NCBI GenBank assembly: GCA_965248645.1
Contig: OZ252113.1
Location: 2,969,325-3,033,324 of the forward strand
DNA from: Acidobacteriota bacterium
Lineage (GTDB): Bacteria; Acidobacteriota; UBA6911; RPQK01; G965248645
Length of the DNA: 64,000 nt
Reading direction: 5' to 3'
Below are positions 33,849 through 44,713 of this stretch, in pieces. How positions within the stretch are numbered: the first letter of the stretch is position 1; every line of letters starts with the position of its first letter. The notes under the pieces are model-generated. The model ran no database searches, was not told where the DNA came from, and saw nothing but the letters and a program-made list of their open reading frames with translations. The position numbers and the translations under genes are program-made.

Positions 33849-34058
33849 ATGGGTTCAGTAGTGAAGTCTCGGCTCCTGACCCTGGATCAGGTCGCGGAAC
33901 GCCTGCAGATTCGGAAATCCTGGTTCTACCAGCGCATCCACTCGCGAACCCTGCCCTTCCGGCACTGCAAGATCGGGCAGTATCTGCGCTTCCTGGAAGA
34001 TGACGTGGAGCGGTTCATCCAGGAGCAGTTCGCAAGAAACGATCGGCATGACGAGTAG
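33849..34058 (+). CDS. Excisionase-like HTH (HTH_17) protein
   Basis: LLTLDQVAERLQI..LPF..KIG.YLRF...DVERFI; GGAGG RBS. Confidence 0.85.
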   Translation: MGSVVKSRLLTLDQVAERLQIRKSWFYQRIHSRTLPFRHCKIGQYLRFLEDDVERFIQEQFARNDRHDE

Positions 34059-34639
34059 AGAAAGCAGGAAGCCGATGACGGGAATCTTTAATTTAGTGAT
34101 TAAAAGGTCGGTCCTGAGCGCCACTAGCCACGCGGATTCCAAAGGAGGTTTTAAAGAATTTTATGGAGAATCCTTCAGAAAAACCACGGCACGACCGTAG
34201 CCACACTAAGCAACCGGGCTGCAGCTTGGGAGATGCGGTTTTACTTCCAATGCGCCGGGCGGGCGCTTCTGATCCTTCCAGTGCGGGGAATGCGCCGAGG
34301 AAATGCGGAAACGTGCTTCCCGTGGCCTCTGAGATGGCCGCTCCTGCGTTTAAATGTGCCTGAGCGCCGTGTTCTCCTTGGGACCCACCCCATAACCTAA
34401 GGTTCTCCCTAGGAACTCCTGAAGGAGCTTATATAAGTATCTGCAAAGAGGACACTTATGTCTATTCTGTTCTTGTTTTTGCTGAGCTAGTGCTTTAAAA
34501 TATTAGGTGAAGATAAAGTGAATACCATATCCGCCCAACCTCTTTCCAATGTCTCGGGAGGGACACCACTTTTTCTTCTCCTCCAATCTCGGCGGCCTGT
34601 GGCCCCTCCCCGAGACTCCCAAAACCAAGGAGACGAAAA

Positions 34640-34924
34640 ATGACAAAAGAGAAAGCGGCGAAGTCCCGGAAAGCCGCACCGAGGGCCGACAAGACCGGGA
34701 AGGTGTCCTTCGCCATGTGGCTGGACACGCAGATGATGAAAGGCATTTCGTTCGAGCAATTGCTGTCCCTGTCGGTGAAGGAGTCGGAGAAAAGAGGATT
34801 GAAACGGCCAACTCTCGGATCCTTGCAAGCTCATGCGCGATACCGATCCCGACAGCGCCAGTGGACAGTACAGACGAACAAAGGCCGGGTCAAATTAATC
34901 CGCAAAGAAGGAAGCAGTTCATGA
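34640..34924 (+). CDS. Small basic hypothetical protein
   Basis: AAGGAG RBS; directly upstream of the integrase. Confidence 0.55.
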   Translation: MTKEKAAKSRKAAPRADKTGKVSFAMWLDTQMMKGISFEQLLSLSVKESEKRGLKRPTLGSLQAHARYRSRQRQWTVQTNKGRVKLIRKEGSSS

Positions 34925-34979
34925 CGCATGACACGTCCGGTTTTTTGAAACGGAGACCTAATCTGAAAGGAGGAAATAA

Positions 34980-36179
34980 ATGGGTTCAATCCACAAACGG
35001 TTTTTGAAAGACGGATCGGCTCGATGGCAAGCCATGGTGACCGTCAACGGGAAACAAATGGGCAAGCGTTTCAAGCGGAAGAAAGATGCCGAAGATTGGA
35101 TCAGCCGCCTGAAGGTTGACGTAAACGACGGCACCTACCGTGAGCTCAAAAAGGCCAGCTTTGGGCAATACATCGAACACTGGAAGAAAACGCACTTGAT
35201 CGAAGCACGCTACAAGCCGTCAACGCTCATGACTCATCGATGCGTTCTGGCGAGCCGGATCTTGCCAGAGTTCCGGTACTTTCCGATAACGGCGATCTCT
35301 TCGGCAGAAATTAACCGGTTCATGGCGAGAGTGCTCAATGAGGGAAAAACTGTTGGCAATATTTTGAGCCTCCTGAACAAGATTTGCAAAGATGCCATCG
35401 CGGACGGTTACCTTCGGAACTCCCCAATGGAAGGGGTCCGAAAGCCGAAGGGTTCCAAGAAACGAATGGGCAAAACCATGACGCCCGAACAGATCCGTGC
35501 AGTTCTGCAAATTGCAGAAGATATCTCGACCGATCCGAGGGAACTGCCCAATGTGAAGAAGGCAACCAGCCGGATCCGGCTGTTGTTCCTCGCAGCGGTT
35601 TTAACCGGAATGAGACGGGGAGAGCTCTTAGGGCTTCAATGGCCGGATGTTGATTTCACAAAAGACCTCATCCATGTCCGGCGGGCTTTGTTTTTCCGCC
35701 GTGGAAAGTATTTTGAGAAAGCCTCCAGAGGCGCAATGTTTGTCGAACCCAAATTGGAGAAATCCAAGCGGGAAATCGATCTCTCCCAAACCTTGAAGCG
35801 GGAACTCTTGGGGCTCTGGATCAGCCGGGGAAAGCCCCAGGACGGCTTGGTCTTTTGCACAGCAGAGGGCAAGCCTCTCGATCCGGATAACGTCATCGGT
35901 CGAAATTTCTACAGTCTTCTTCAGAAGGTGGGTCTTGGGAAATGGGAGGAGATCAAAGACGGGGATAGGACAAGACGCAACTTTCGGCCCGACTTCCGCT
36001 GGCACGATCTCCGGCATACTTTCGGCTCTCTCAAACTGGATCAAGGCGCAAACATCTATTACGTGCAGCGTCAAATGGGACACAGCTCAATCCAGGTGAC
36101 GGTGGATATCTACGGGCACTTGCTAGAGAACCGAAAGCCGGAAGAGGCAGCCAAGACGGATCGATTGGTATTTGGGTAG
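34980..36179 (+). CDS. Tyrosine recombinase/integrase (intact)
   Basis: TGMRRGE, HDLRHT and MGHSSIQVTVDIY motifs. Confidence 0.95.
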   Translation: MGSIHKRFLKDGSARWQAMVTVNGKQMGKRFKRKKDAEDWISRLKVDVNDGTYRELKKASFGQYIEHWKKTHLIEARYKPSTLMTHRCVLASRILPEFRYFPITAISSAEINRFMARVLNEGKTVGNILSLLNKICKDAIADGYLRNSPMEGVRKPKGSKKRMGKTMTPEQIRAVLQIAEDISTDPRELPNVKKATSRIRLLFLAAVLTGMRRGELLGLQWPDVDFTKDLIHVRRALFFRRGKYFEKASRGAMFVEPKLEKSKREIDLSQTLKRELLGLWISRGKPQDGLVFCTAEGKPLDPDNVIGRNFYSLLQKVGLGKWEEIKDGDRTRRNFRPDFRWHDLRHTFGSLKLDQGANIYYVQRQMGHSSIQVTVDIYGHLLENRKPEEAAKTDRLVFG

Positions 36180-36184
36180 GGCTG

Positions 36185-36320
36185 AGTCTGATCCATCCTC
36201 AGGCCTCCGTACTCCTTCCGCTACCGGTAGTACGTTTGTTCCGTCACCCCGATCCGTTTGCAGACCAGCCTATCTTTTGTCCTTGGCCCAGCAGCACCTC
36301 GGCCGCTGTCAATTTGCTTC
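36185..36320 (-). pseudogene. IS3 orfA fragment
   Basis: [29 protein letters not shown]. Confidence 0.75.
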
Positions 36321-36447
36321 GATCCAGTTCTTGGGCAGGGCAGCAGTTGCGTAATCCAGAATCTGTGGTCATGATCCGGGAACCGGCGTCCACGATAACC
36401 AGAACGTGCAGTCCGCATACCGAAGGATACATGACGCTACGCACAGA

Positions 36448-37059
36448 CTACTGATATTCAGTCAGTTCCTTGTAGAGATCGAGCACGTCGGGGATGTTCC
36501 CCTTATTTTTTTTGACTAGTTCGATGGCGTCTTCCCGATGCCCTTTGGCAGCTATAGTTCCAGGGAGCTTCCGAAGCGTCTTGGGAGCGCTATAGATGGA
36601 TGGGGCTGTCTCGAAAAGTTTGCTGAGAACAATCATGACTTCAGCGGGACTGGTATCCACGAGTCTGGCCAATTCCGTGATGAAGTGATCGGAGTTGTAG
36701 TCAATGTGAACATAGGGGACCACCTCCAGAAGCCACGGTAGTTCTTGTTCCCCGATAGAATCCAGATGCGAAACCAGCCTGCTCCAATCCGCGAGAAAGT
36801 TCGCTGGCGATTCGTGCTCTTCCTTGCACCATTCCATGCATCGTTCCCAGAATTTGCGAATTCGCTCAATCTCGGGTGCGGATAGATCGCGTCTGCCAAT
36901 ATGCGACGAGAAGAGCGAGCTGGCGCTGTGCAGGTCTTCCGCTCGGCCCGTCCCGAACAGATAGGAAAATCTCGGGGAATCTAGAGCTTCGTCACCCCAA
37001 ACATAGGCAAGGGTGATTCTTTCAATCAGCTTCTCACGTGCATGGCGACCCTTCAACAA
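36448..37059 (-). pseudogene. Probable C-terminal fragment of a large helical hypothetical protein
   Basis: 203-aa protein-like ORF with a TTG start and no clear RBS. Confidence 0.45.
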
Positions 37060-37812
37060 TTGAGCGCCTTCCTACGGATTTTCGTATCCAGGGTGGAGCG
37101 TACGTGCTACAAACAGTGGACACAAGATGCGGAATATCGATTGGGTGTGCCAGTTCTGTGGGTCCAATGAAATCCTGCAGGAGCGGTGTGGAACGTCCAG
37201 CAGAAGTGCTTCCGAAGTCGGGGTCGGATAGGGTTTCGATGGAACAAACGCCGCTTATATATCGTGGGACGTGATCAAAAGAGAACGCGTGGGTTCCGGC
37301 TGGGACGGTAATTTTCCAGGTGTCGCAGAGGGAGGCCGCATACAACTGAATAGGGGTATACATCGGCCCGAGATCAAGAGGTAGAGGTCCAGAGAGGGCG
37401 GGCTTGAGTCTTGTCTGCTATCGTGGGATAGCTGAAAATCGACAGCTATGCCCAAGAGTGCAGAGAGTGCATTCAACTCCGAACTAGCGAAAGTTCTGCG
37501 GAGGAAACGTGCGCGCTGGCCGGATCGGATCGGAAGCGCGGGGCCTGAGCTGATTATGGAGAGACTGGGTTAGTATCAATAATTCGGACAAGCGCGAGGG
37601 GGCAAGGCCTTGACCCCGGAACGCCTGAAGATGGATGTTCTAACTCTGCGGTTCATAGGTCCGATGCCAGCACTCTCAAGCGGCTCGAAACCCACGTCTC
37701 GAAGTCGTCAATTGTGGCTCCGGCGGCGCCCTTAGACTTGGGAAGGTTTTTCAAATAAAGCAAAAGCCTCGGATGGGGTGGCAGCTGGCGACGTTGCACT
37801 CGCGGCTACTTC

Positions 37813-40800
37813 TCAAATGGTTCGGCCATGGACAGACCAGCGGTGGAGTTGGTTTGCTACCTGGGCACGCAAACGGTCGCTTCCGGCAGTCTGGTCTGCT
37901 ATTTCCTCAAACCGAGCGTGGGCTTCACTCAACCGCTCTCGCAGCATTTCCCCCAGTTTCAAGCATTCCTTCTCAGTGGAAGGTAAAGAAACTGGCCCGC
38001 GAAGCCCCTCCAGAGCAATGGCGGCTACGAGTTCAGCCTCGGCACGGCTTGAACAGACATGGCTTACAGCAGGTTTTTTCCCGAAATAAACGGTGTTCGC
38101 GTCAAAAAAGTTGCTTTCGGAGGACAGACGCACTTCGCCATCGGGCAAGCTGATAATCTTGGCCTTTCCCGCCTGTTGCTCCAACCAGTCGGATAGTGGT
38201 GTGCGCCACTCCGGTTCAAGTGAATCCCAGGCTCCGCGTGCGAGTTTCATCTGGGAGACACTTTTGACGCTTCCTTTGGTTTTATTGATCGCCGAACGGA
38301 TGTCTTGTACTCGTTGTTCCCGATGATAAAGAGAAGTCTCCCGATAAAGTTGGTACACCAATTTTTCTCGTCGCTGCGGGTCGGTTACGCCCAGCAACTC
38401 GAATACGAGCAGGTCCAACTCTTTGCGGTCCTGCCGTTGTAGCTCTAAAGGGAACTTTACGGGAGCAGCCTGCAACTCGCGCATTTTCTCTTCGGTGTGG
38501 CAATTGAGGAACGATTCCTCAACCAAGTGGGTCACTTTGCGCTTACAAAGCCTTTCAAGAGCTTTTGCCAGCCGTTTAAGAATTTCAGGCGAGGTACCCA
38601 TCGGATTCGGAACCTCAAGCATCAGAACGTCTACAACTTCCGTTTTGAGTGTTCCTTCGGCCCCGGCATAACGACCATAGAAATGCTTGAAAAGACCAAC
38701 TAATGTGCAATTGAGAATTGCCATTAGGGCAGCTTGATGACTCTCATCCAAACTCACTGCATGAATATCAAAAAGGTTATGATTGCAGGGAAGCCGGTCT
38801 TTGTTCCACGGGATAATATGTCGATATTTTTGCGCCATTGGCCAAAAGCCGATACCTGGCTCCAATCCCGTTATGTCGTACCACCGGGGACGACCCGCGC
38901 AAGTGGAACGCTCAGGCACTGGCACAGCTTTCGATTTCTTTGACAAGAACGTCTGCTTGCTGCCCCATTTTATGTAATGATAAGCATATATGCCTTTCAG
39001 TTCGTTCAGTTCCTGATTCACCCACAAGACAACCCGATCTAGTTGATCTTTAGTAACGACGGGACGATCCACCTGCATCAGGCTGTGAACTTCCGGGCGA
39101 ACAAACTCCGCCTCGATCGGGTGCAGGGTTCCATCCCCACATTTCAAGATGACGACCTTTCCGCTTTCCGCTTCCTTCCGGGTACATCGCCGCATTAAGG
39201 GCAGGTTTCGCCATTCAAAATTCGCTGGGTTGGCTTCGAGGAGTTCCGATGAGACGTTGCGCGGCATGAAAAAGGCATCGCAACCGCTCGTGATTCCGCG
39301 CTTGATTATCGCCACCTCTCCCATTCTGGTAAATCGGCTCCCGAACTCCCGCATGATCTCGAAATAGAAATCAGGTGCGCGCAAGTACCGGCCCCATTTG
39401 CCGCCTCCATAGTCCCCCATCCTCTGACCGTCAGCAGCTAGCTCCTGTTGCTGCCTGAAGTTCTCTTCCGTGCCTTCGTATTCATTCTTGAATTCAGATT
39501 TCTTCGCTTTCCCCAAAGCTGCGTTTTTCTGTCGCACAAACATCTCTCCGATAGGAAGACCTTCCTGCCACAAATCACCTTGGCGTTTGACCATGATCCG
39601 AAGTCGGTTCGTTGAACGATCTGCCTTTGTCTTCAAAATCAATTGGCGCAACCTCTCTGTTGCCTTCTGCCGTTGTCCCTCGTCGTCCCGCTCACCCAAA
39701 ATCTCCGCTAACGGTTTTTTCAGGCGTACGAACCGGACCCAGCCTTCATCCCGCGCCTTCTTGTACTTGCAGCGCTGGAGGATCGTTACGGCGGTTTTTA
39801 CGCGCGCATCCGGGAACCACGGCTCATCTACACTTTCGATGACGGCAATGATGCGAAAGTTCTGTAGCATCCAGCGTTGCACCGGAAAACCGTAGCGCAC
39901 GTCGAGCCAGCTAGAACTGGTCAGGAATCCAAACCAGCCATCCTCCTTCAGGAACTCCGCCGCGACGGGCCAGAAATAAACGTACAGGTCGCTCTGGCGG
40001 GAGAGTTTAAGGCCGGGCCATGCACGTTCGGCTTTCGCGTAAATATGTTCTTTGGTTTGGTCCAGGGTAACATCCTTTTCGGATTTCTTGGGTATCTGCT
40101 CCTGGCGCACGTAGGGGGGATTGCCAATGACCGCATCCAATAACGGCAGTTTGATTTGTTCCCGCTCCTCGTGGTCTAGAATATCCGGCAATTCACAGAA
40201 AGTCTTTCCACGCTCAGTGGCAAAGAAATTCCTTCGAACAATTCGTGGGTAATTCTCCTCCTCTGTAATATTTCGTGCCGCGAGATTCAATGTGGCAAGA
40301 TGAGCAGGAAATGGGTTGATATCGCAGCCATAGAGACCCGCAATCAATTCCTGGTTCGACAGGCGCTTATCAAGCTGATATTTGCGGTAATAGGCCCGAA
40401 CGAGAAAAGTGCCGCTACCGCATGCGGGATCGAGAACGGTCGCTTCCGCCTTGCGGATGCAGAAGGCATTGATCACATCGACAATGTTCTCATCCGTGTA
40501 ATATTGACCGAACTTCTGACGTTCCTCTGGACCGATCAGCTTTTGAAAGGTGTGGCCCAAAATGTCCGTAGGGATCTCTTTGAAATGGAAGCGGTCTATG
40601 GCCCGGATGAACCGGCTCCAGGCTTCGAGCGAATTCACACCGGAAAGTGCAACCTCCGCGGCCCATTCCCGTGATTCCGGGAAGAAGACCGGCTCATAGT
40701 CCCCGGTGGCGTGCACGGCATCCTGAAAGCTTTCACACAAGTATTCGAGCGCTTTCTTGGGAGAGTTAGCCTTACGAGGTAGTTTAAGTTCTGGCAATCG

Positions 40801-41604
40801 ACTGCGCGATTGCACCGCCTGATAAAACAAAATGCGGTTGCTGAGAACATAGACCATGCTGCGTGCAGCGCGGTCAACAGTTTCACGCCAGGAATTAGGG
40901 TTGTCGCGGTCAAAGTTCCATTGCTGCTCCTGTGTGGCCCATGTCCTTAGACGACGGTCAAATACCTTGTTACAAGTTGATTCTGAGTCCAGGTAATCGC
41001 GGAGTTCTCGAACGGGACCCATCGGACCGGTGAGATGGCTCTCAATGACAGCCACCCAGAAATCGGCAGGCAGGGGCCTAATATCCTTTTTCAACTCAAG
41101 CCAGATGTCACTGAAATCGGCGAAAAACTCGGGCAAAAATTTGTCACGAATTTCTGCGACAACTCCAGAACGGGTAAGATCGGAAGGATTGTTGAGTTCT
41201 AGCCCTAGCTTCCATTCGCCAATTACACGGTCGTACATCGATTCCGAATCCCATAAGCTTCGATCAAATACGACGAGTCGCTCGACATTCCAGGTGAAAA
41301 AATATCGGCAATTTTCATTCGTAGCCTTGTCGAAGGCGTCCTTCATCAGCGCCGGATCAAACGGAGAGCGCCCCTGTGGTGAGCCTGGCAGCTTCACTTC
41401 CCCGCACAGAGCAATCTTGCCTCTCCCTTTTGGTTTCCGCTCATAAACCCGGAAATCCTGGCGCTTGAAGCTCCCACGCCCATAACTCTCAATCTCTGAT
41501 GAACCGAAAGCTAGTTCCAAGTTCTGTTCAAAGAGGCGGTCTGCCCACTTAGACACCTCCGCACAAAACTGGACTTCGTGTTTGCGATAAGACGGACTAA
41601 CCAT
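37813..41604 (-). CDS. Type IIG-like fused restriction endonuclease / N6-adenine methyltransferase
   Basis: N-terminal QDF..EVK nuclease-like motif; GQYYT, LDPACGSGTF and IGNPPY motifs; 1263 aa. Confidence 0.88.
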   Translation of the reverse strand: MVSPSYRKHEVQFCAEVSKWADRLFEQNLELAFGSSEIESYGRGSFKRQDFRVYERKPKGRGKIALCGEVKLPGSPQGRSPFDPALMKDAFDKATNENCRYFFTWNVERLVVFDRSLWDSESMYDRVIGEWKLGLELNNPSDLTRSGVVAEIRDKFLPEFFADFSDIWLELKKDIRPLPADFWVAVIESHLTGPMGPVRELRDYLDSESTCNKVFDRRLRTWATQEQQWNFDRDNPNSWRETVDRAARSMVYVLSNRILFYQAVQSRSRLPELKLPRKANSPKKALEYLCESFQDAVHATGDYEPVFFPESREWAAEVALSGVNSLEAWSRFIRAIDRFHFKEIPTDILGHTFQKLIGPEERQKFGQYYTDENIVDVINAFCIRKAEATVLDPACGSGTFLVRAYYRKYQLDKRLSNQELIAGLYGCDINPFPAHLATLNLAARNITEEENYPRIVRRNFFATERGKTFCELPDILDHEEREQIKLPLLDAVIGNPPYVRQEQIPKKSEKDVTLDQTKEHIYAKAERAWPGLKLSRQSDLYVYFWPVAAEFLKEDGWFGFLTSSSWLDVRYGFPVQRWMLQNFRIIAVIESVDEPWFPDARVKTAVTILQRCKYKKARDEGWVRFVRLKKPLAEILGERDDEGQRQKATERLRQLILKTKADRSTNRLRIMVKRQGDLWQEGLPIGEMFVRQKNAALGKAKKSEFKNEYEGTEENFRQQQELAADGQRMGDYGGGKWGRYLRAPDFYFEIMREFGSRFTRMGEVAIIKRGITSGCDAFFMPRNVSSELLEANPANFEWRNLPLMRRCTRKEAESGKVVILKCGDGTLHPIEAEFVRPEVHSLMQVDRPVVTKDQLDRVVLWVNQELNELKGIYAYHYIKWGSKQTFLSKKSKAVPVPERSTCAGRPRWYDITGLEPGIGFWPMAQKYRHIIPWNKDRLPCNHNLFDIHAVSLDESHQAALMAILNCTLVGLFKHFYGRYAGAEGTLKTEVVDVLMLEVPNPMGTSPEILKRLAKALERLCKRKVTHLVEESFLNCHTEEKMRELQAAPVKFPLELQRQDRKELDLLVFELLGVTDPQRREKLVYQLYRETSLYHREQRVQDIRSAINKTKGSVKSVSQMKLARGAWDSLEPEWRTPLSDWLEQQAGKAKIISLPDGEVRLSSESNFFDANTVYFGKKPAVSHVCSSRAEAELVAAIALEGLRGPVSLPSTEKECLKLGEMLRERLSEAHARFEEIADQTAGSDRLRAQVANQLHRWSVHGRTI

Positions 41605-41871
41605 ATTCAGGTCTGGCAGTGATCCAGCCTTTGATAATCACTTAGAAGCTGGAATTGCAAGCCTGTTTGCCTGCGTCCTCGCGCATGTCCTCAGGCACGC
41701 GCTCAATGCCTCTGGCTTGCTTGGCGTTTTGGCCTCCGGTTGCAAGACGGCTGTCGCAAAGGTTTGGATACCTGCAAGTTTTTCAACTGCAAAGTTTACT
41801 GCATCCGGAAACCGTATGCTGGGGAAATTGAATGCGCTGACGAGCCCGTTCTGCCCCTTGAATTCTGATTG

Positions 41872-42660
41872 GGGAATTATATACTTTACTACCCAAGGCA
41901 CTGCTGTCGGTCACTGGTGGAACTGGCGAGAAAAGACGGGAGCCACTGCGATAAGCTCCCTATTCGACTCCCCCTTCGGGCACTCGTTCGAACTCCCAAA
42001 CGTAGGCCTTGCCATCGGTCTTGGACTTCATCAACACCCAAAGCTGTTTATCACCGTCGATCAACTGGATGGTGTGGTGGTTTAGCAAACGCCTGATCTT
42101 CTCCATCCATACTGGGACCGATTTCAGAAACGCATTGGGATCTTGTTTCGTTGAGAAAGGGTTCTCTGCGTGGAGTATTCCGCTACAGGTGTTGAAAAGA
42201 GTCCTATAGTCGTGTTTTGTCAAAAAGCCTGACTTGACGTCCTCCAGCGAAACGACCTTGCCTGTCTCTTCATCAACTACTTGTCTGTTCGGTGTTGGAT
42301 AGAACCTTGGATTTGCCTTTTTGAGGGTTTCGAGTATGCGGTTCGCCTTCCAGTCTTTTTGAAAGTTCTTTCGGAGTTTCGCATATTCCGATCTGTTCGC
42401 CGCCAGGGATGCCAAGACTATAAGTTCCAGAATCTTCCGAATCTGAAGGGATACTGATTCGGCTGTGGTTTGGACATACATCGCATGGCACTTGCGGTGA
42501 GAAAGCAATTGACCACCTCGGTTCGCCTCTTGATTTCTTCCATGCAATCGGCGTACTTCGAGTACTGGTTTGCAGCCATTGCGTGGTCGGTGTCGGTCAT
42601 TATTCTTTCCCTTGTTGTGATTGTGTGCCTGAGGCTTGGGTAGTCAAGTATATAATTCCC
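41872..42660. mobile_element. Non-autonomous IS1595-type cassette (789 bp) without transposase
   Basis: TIRs GGGAATTATATACTTTACTACCCAAG / GGGAATTATATACTTGACTACCCAAG (25/26 match). Confidence 0.8.
41960..42600 (-). pseudogene. Hypothetical passenger gene, frameshifted near 42500
   Basis: MTDTDH..YADCMEEIKRR continues in another frame as ESVSLQIRKILELI..SGILHAENPF. Confidence 0.6.
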
Positions 42661-42667
42661 AATTAAT

Positions 42668-42830
42668 TGACCTACCCCCACGAGTGGTACCACTCTCTAA
42701 GTTAGAGCCGGAATCATGTGGAGTCCAGCCCATGGGGGTGAATTCCCAGCCTGCGTCCTGGGCAGAAAGGCCTCTGGCACCAGAGGACGCTAACCTAGGG
42801 CGGTGTGCAGTTTGAGGATTTCGCTGGTCA
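42668..42830 (-). pseudogene. IS3 right-end remnant
   Basis: TGACCTACCCCCACGAGTGGTACCACTCTCTAAGTTAG resembles the IS3 end at 31950; HTALG*RP..PEA tail. Confidence 0.65.
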
Positions 42831-43166
42831 TAGTGGTCTCCTTTCGCTTTGACTATGATCAGCATCGGTAAGGTTAACTAGGCTGTCAACAGGGTAGCCC
42901 TCCATGGTTGACCTCCCAGCCCTAGATGCCCTTTAACTGCTCTTTGCTCCACCTCGAGGTTTGTCCCACTTTCTCTGACGAGGAACAAAGTAATAGCGGC
43001 AGCGAAAGGCTCACGAAACCGGGGTTTGACTTGGGCGATGCGTTTGGCCGGTACTTGACGTCGTTGCCGTGAACTCCAGAACCATTAAAAAATCATTAAA
43101 AAACGTGCTTTTTTGGCCGTCCTTCTCGACAAAAATATCTCTTTAACTTGTTGATTTAAGGTGGTT

Positions 43167-43241
43167 CGCGCCCGGCAGGATTCGAACCTGCGGCCTTTGG
43201 TTCCGGAGACCAACGCTCTATCCAAACTGAGCTACGGGCGC
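43167..43241 (-). tRNA. tRNA-Arg(CCG)
   Basis: GCGCCCGTAGCTCAG..CT-CCG-GA..GGTTCGAATCC..CGGGCGC cloverleaf. Confidence 0.95.
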
Positions 43242-43280
43242 ACAAGTCCATCTTACAACACTTTGAGCAGAATCACCGAC

Positions 43281-43616
43281 TTACACTTCCTTTCGGGTAT
43301 GAGACTTTTGGCTGGTCCGCTCGAAGATGGCCATCGCTTCCCGCTCAGCCTTACCAAGCCTGAGCAGATAGATTTCCGTCGTCGCCCGATTTTCATGCCC
43401 CAGGATACCTTGGATTGCACCGTTATTGCTGTCCATCACTGCAGCTCCTGAGTGTCGTAGCGAGTGAAACCGAAAATACCTGACGCTTGCTTTTCGACAC
43501 AATGTCTTCATGACCTTCTTGCGCTCCTTGAAGGGTCCCTCACATCTCTCACCAATCTTGCTGCTCCAGTAGAGTGTTCCAGAAGACCCAGGACTTGTCT
43601 GGGTCTCTTGAGGCAT
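43281..43616 (-). pseudogene. Tyrosine integrase C-terminal remnant at the 5' side of tRNA-Arg
   Basis: FRFHSLRHSGA..IQGILGHENRATTEIY. Confidence 0.8.
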
Positions 43617-43800
43617 CGGTAAGGGGACGGCACAGCGGGCCTTCTACAACTTGCCCAAAAATCCTCCTGAATAGACGCTCGTAAACGGCTGATTCCGCTA
43701 TACCGGCGAGACAGGATTCCAACGGCCCAAAACCAAGTGTTTTCTGGACAAGATCAGCTCACGTGGGGTGTGCTTTATTGCTGTTATGGCCTAGTATCCG

Positions 43801-44355
43801 TTACTTGAGTTTGAACTCTAGGGCTAGCCTTTGAGCCTCAGCGATCTGTTCCCGAGTCATCACCTTAGCTACAAGATCTCGTGAATTGATGGCCCTTACT
43901 CTTGCGTCTCCAGTTAAGTTAGCAGATGCCAAGTTGTACCACATGTGAGCCTGTGCGTAGTCCTGAGGGACTCCTTTACCGTCGCGGTACATGTACCCCA
44001 GGCGAGATTGGGCATAGGCTAAACCTTGATCAGCAGCCTTGCGGGTCCACTTGAATGCTTCTTGGTAGTTCTGAGGAACCCCTTTGCCCTTGTCGTACAT
44101 GTACCCCAGGAGATATTGGGCCCCGGCATCACCTTGCTCAGCTGCCTTGCGGTACCACTTGGCTGCTTCTTGGTTGTCCCGAGAAACACCGTAGCCCTCG
44201 TCGTACATTAACCCCAGCTCAAATTGAGCCTCGGCATCACCTCGTTCGGCCGCCAGCAACAATTCTTTGAGACGGTCGATTTGTGAATAACCGCCAGACC
44301 CAAAGATCACCAGAGCAAGAGAAAAGAAGAGCAGTTCGCGTATGGTGTGCTTCAT
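43801..44355 (-). CDS. Sel1-repeat secreted protein
   Basis: Three AQ..LG.MY..G.GV repeats and a signal peptide. Confidence 0.92.
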   Translation of the reverse strand: MKHTIRELLFFSLALVIFGSGGYSQIDRLKELLLAAERGDAEAQFELGLMYDEGYGVSRDNQEAAKWYRKAAEQGDAGAQYLLGYMYDKGKGVPQNYQEAFKWTRKAADQGLAYAQSRLGYMYRDGKGVPQDYAQAHMWYNLASANLTGDARVRAINSRDLVAKVMTREQIAEAQRLALEFKLK

Positions 44356-44713
44356 GAGCGAACCTTCCAGTAGATGGCAGATACTGCAACGTAGGGTGCT
44401 TTACAATTATCACTCATGCTAGCACTGGATAGAAATACAGGCAAAGTAGAGCTCACTTTAGTCTATTCCTAGGGAAGGTCTTTTCAGCCGAAATATGGGG
44501 GAAAAATTGTTCCTTAAGTCAGTTCGGAAAGGCGAGTGTTCTTCTCGAGACGCGCTCTTTCGGTTTGCGTCGGCCAACAGTTATTGGCCTAGACGAACTC
44601 AACGACCTCCAGGGGCGCTGCTTCCTCCAGTGGGGCAACAAGCGCCTTGAAGTGACGCTGCTCAGCATGAAGTTCGTGTTGAGTCTTAGCCCTGGCGTAG
44701 GCATCGCCTAGTT

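Larger units (their letters stand above)
31075..43209. mobile_element. Genomic island integrated at tRNA-Arg(CCG)
   Basis: 16-bp direct repeat CCTTTGGTTCCGGAGA at both ends; contains integrase, xis, RM gene and IS elements. Confidence 0.75.

Noticed and set aside
37448-37560. Short ORF MPKSAESAFNSELAKVLRRK..., possibly the N-terminus of another RM gene
   Set aside because: Too short to support an assignment without a search.
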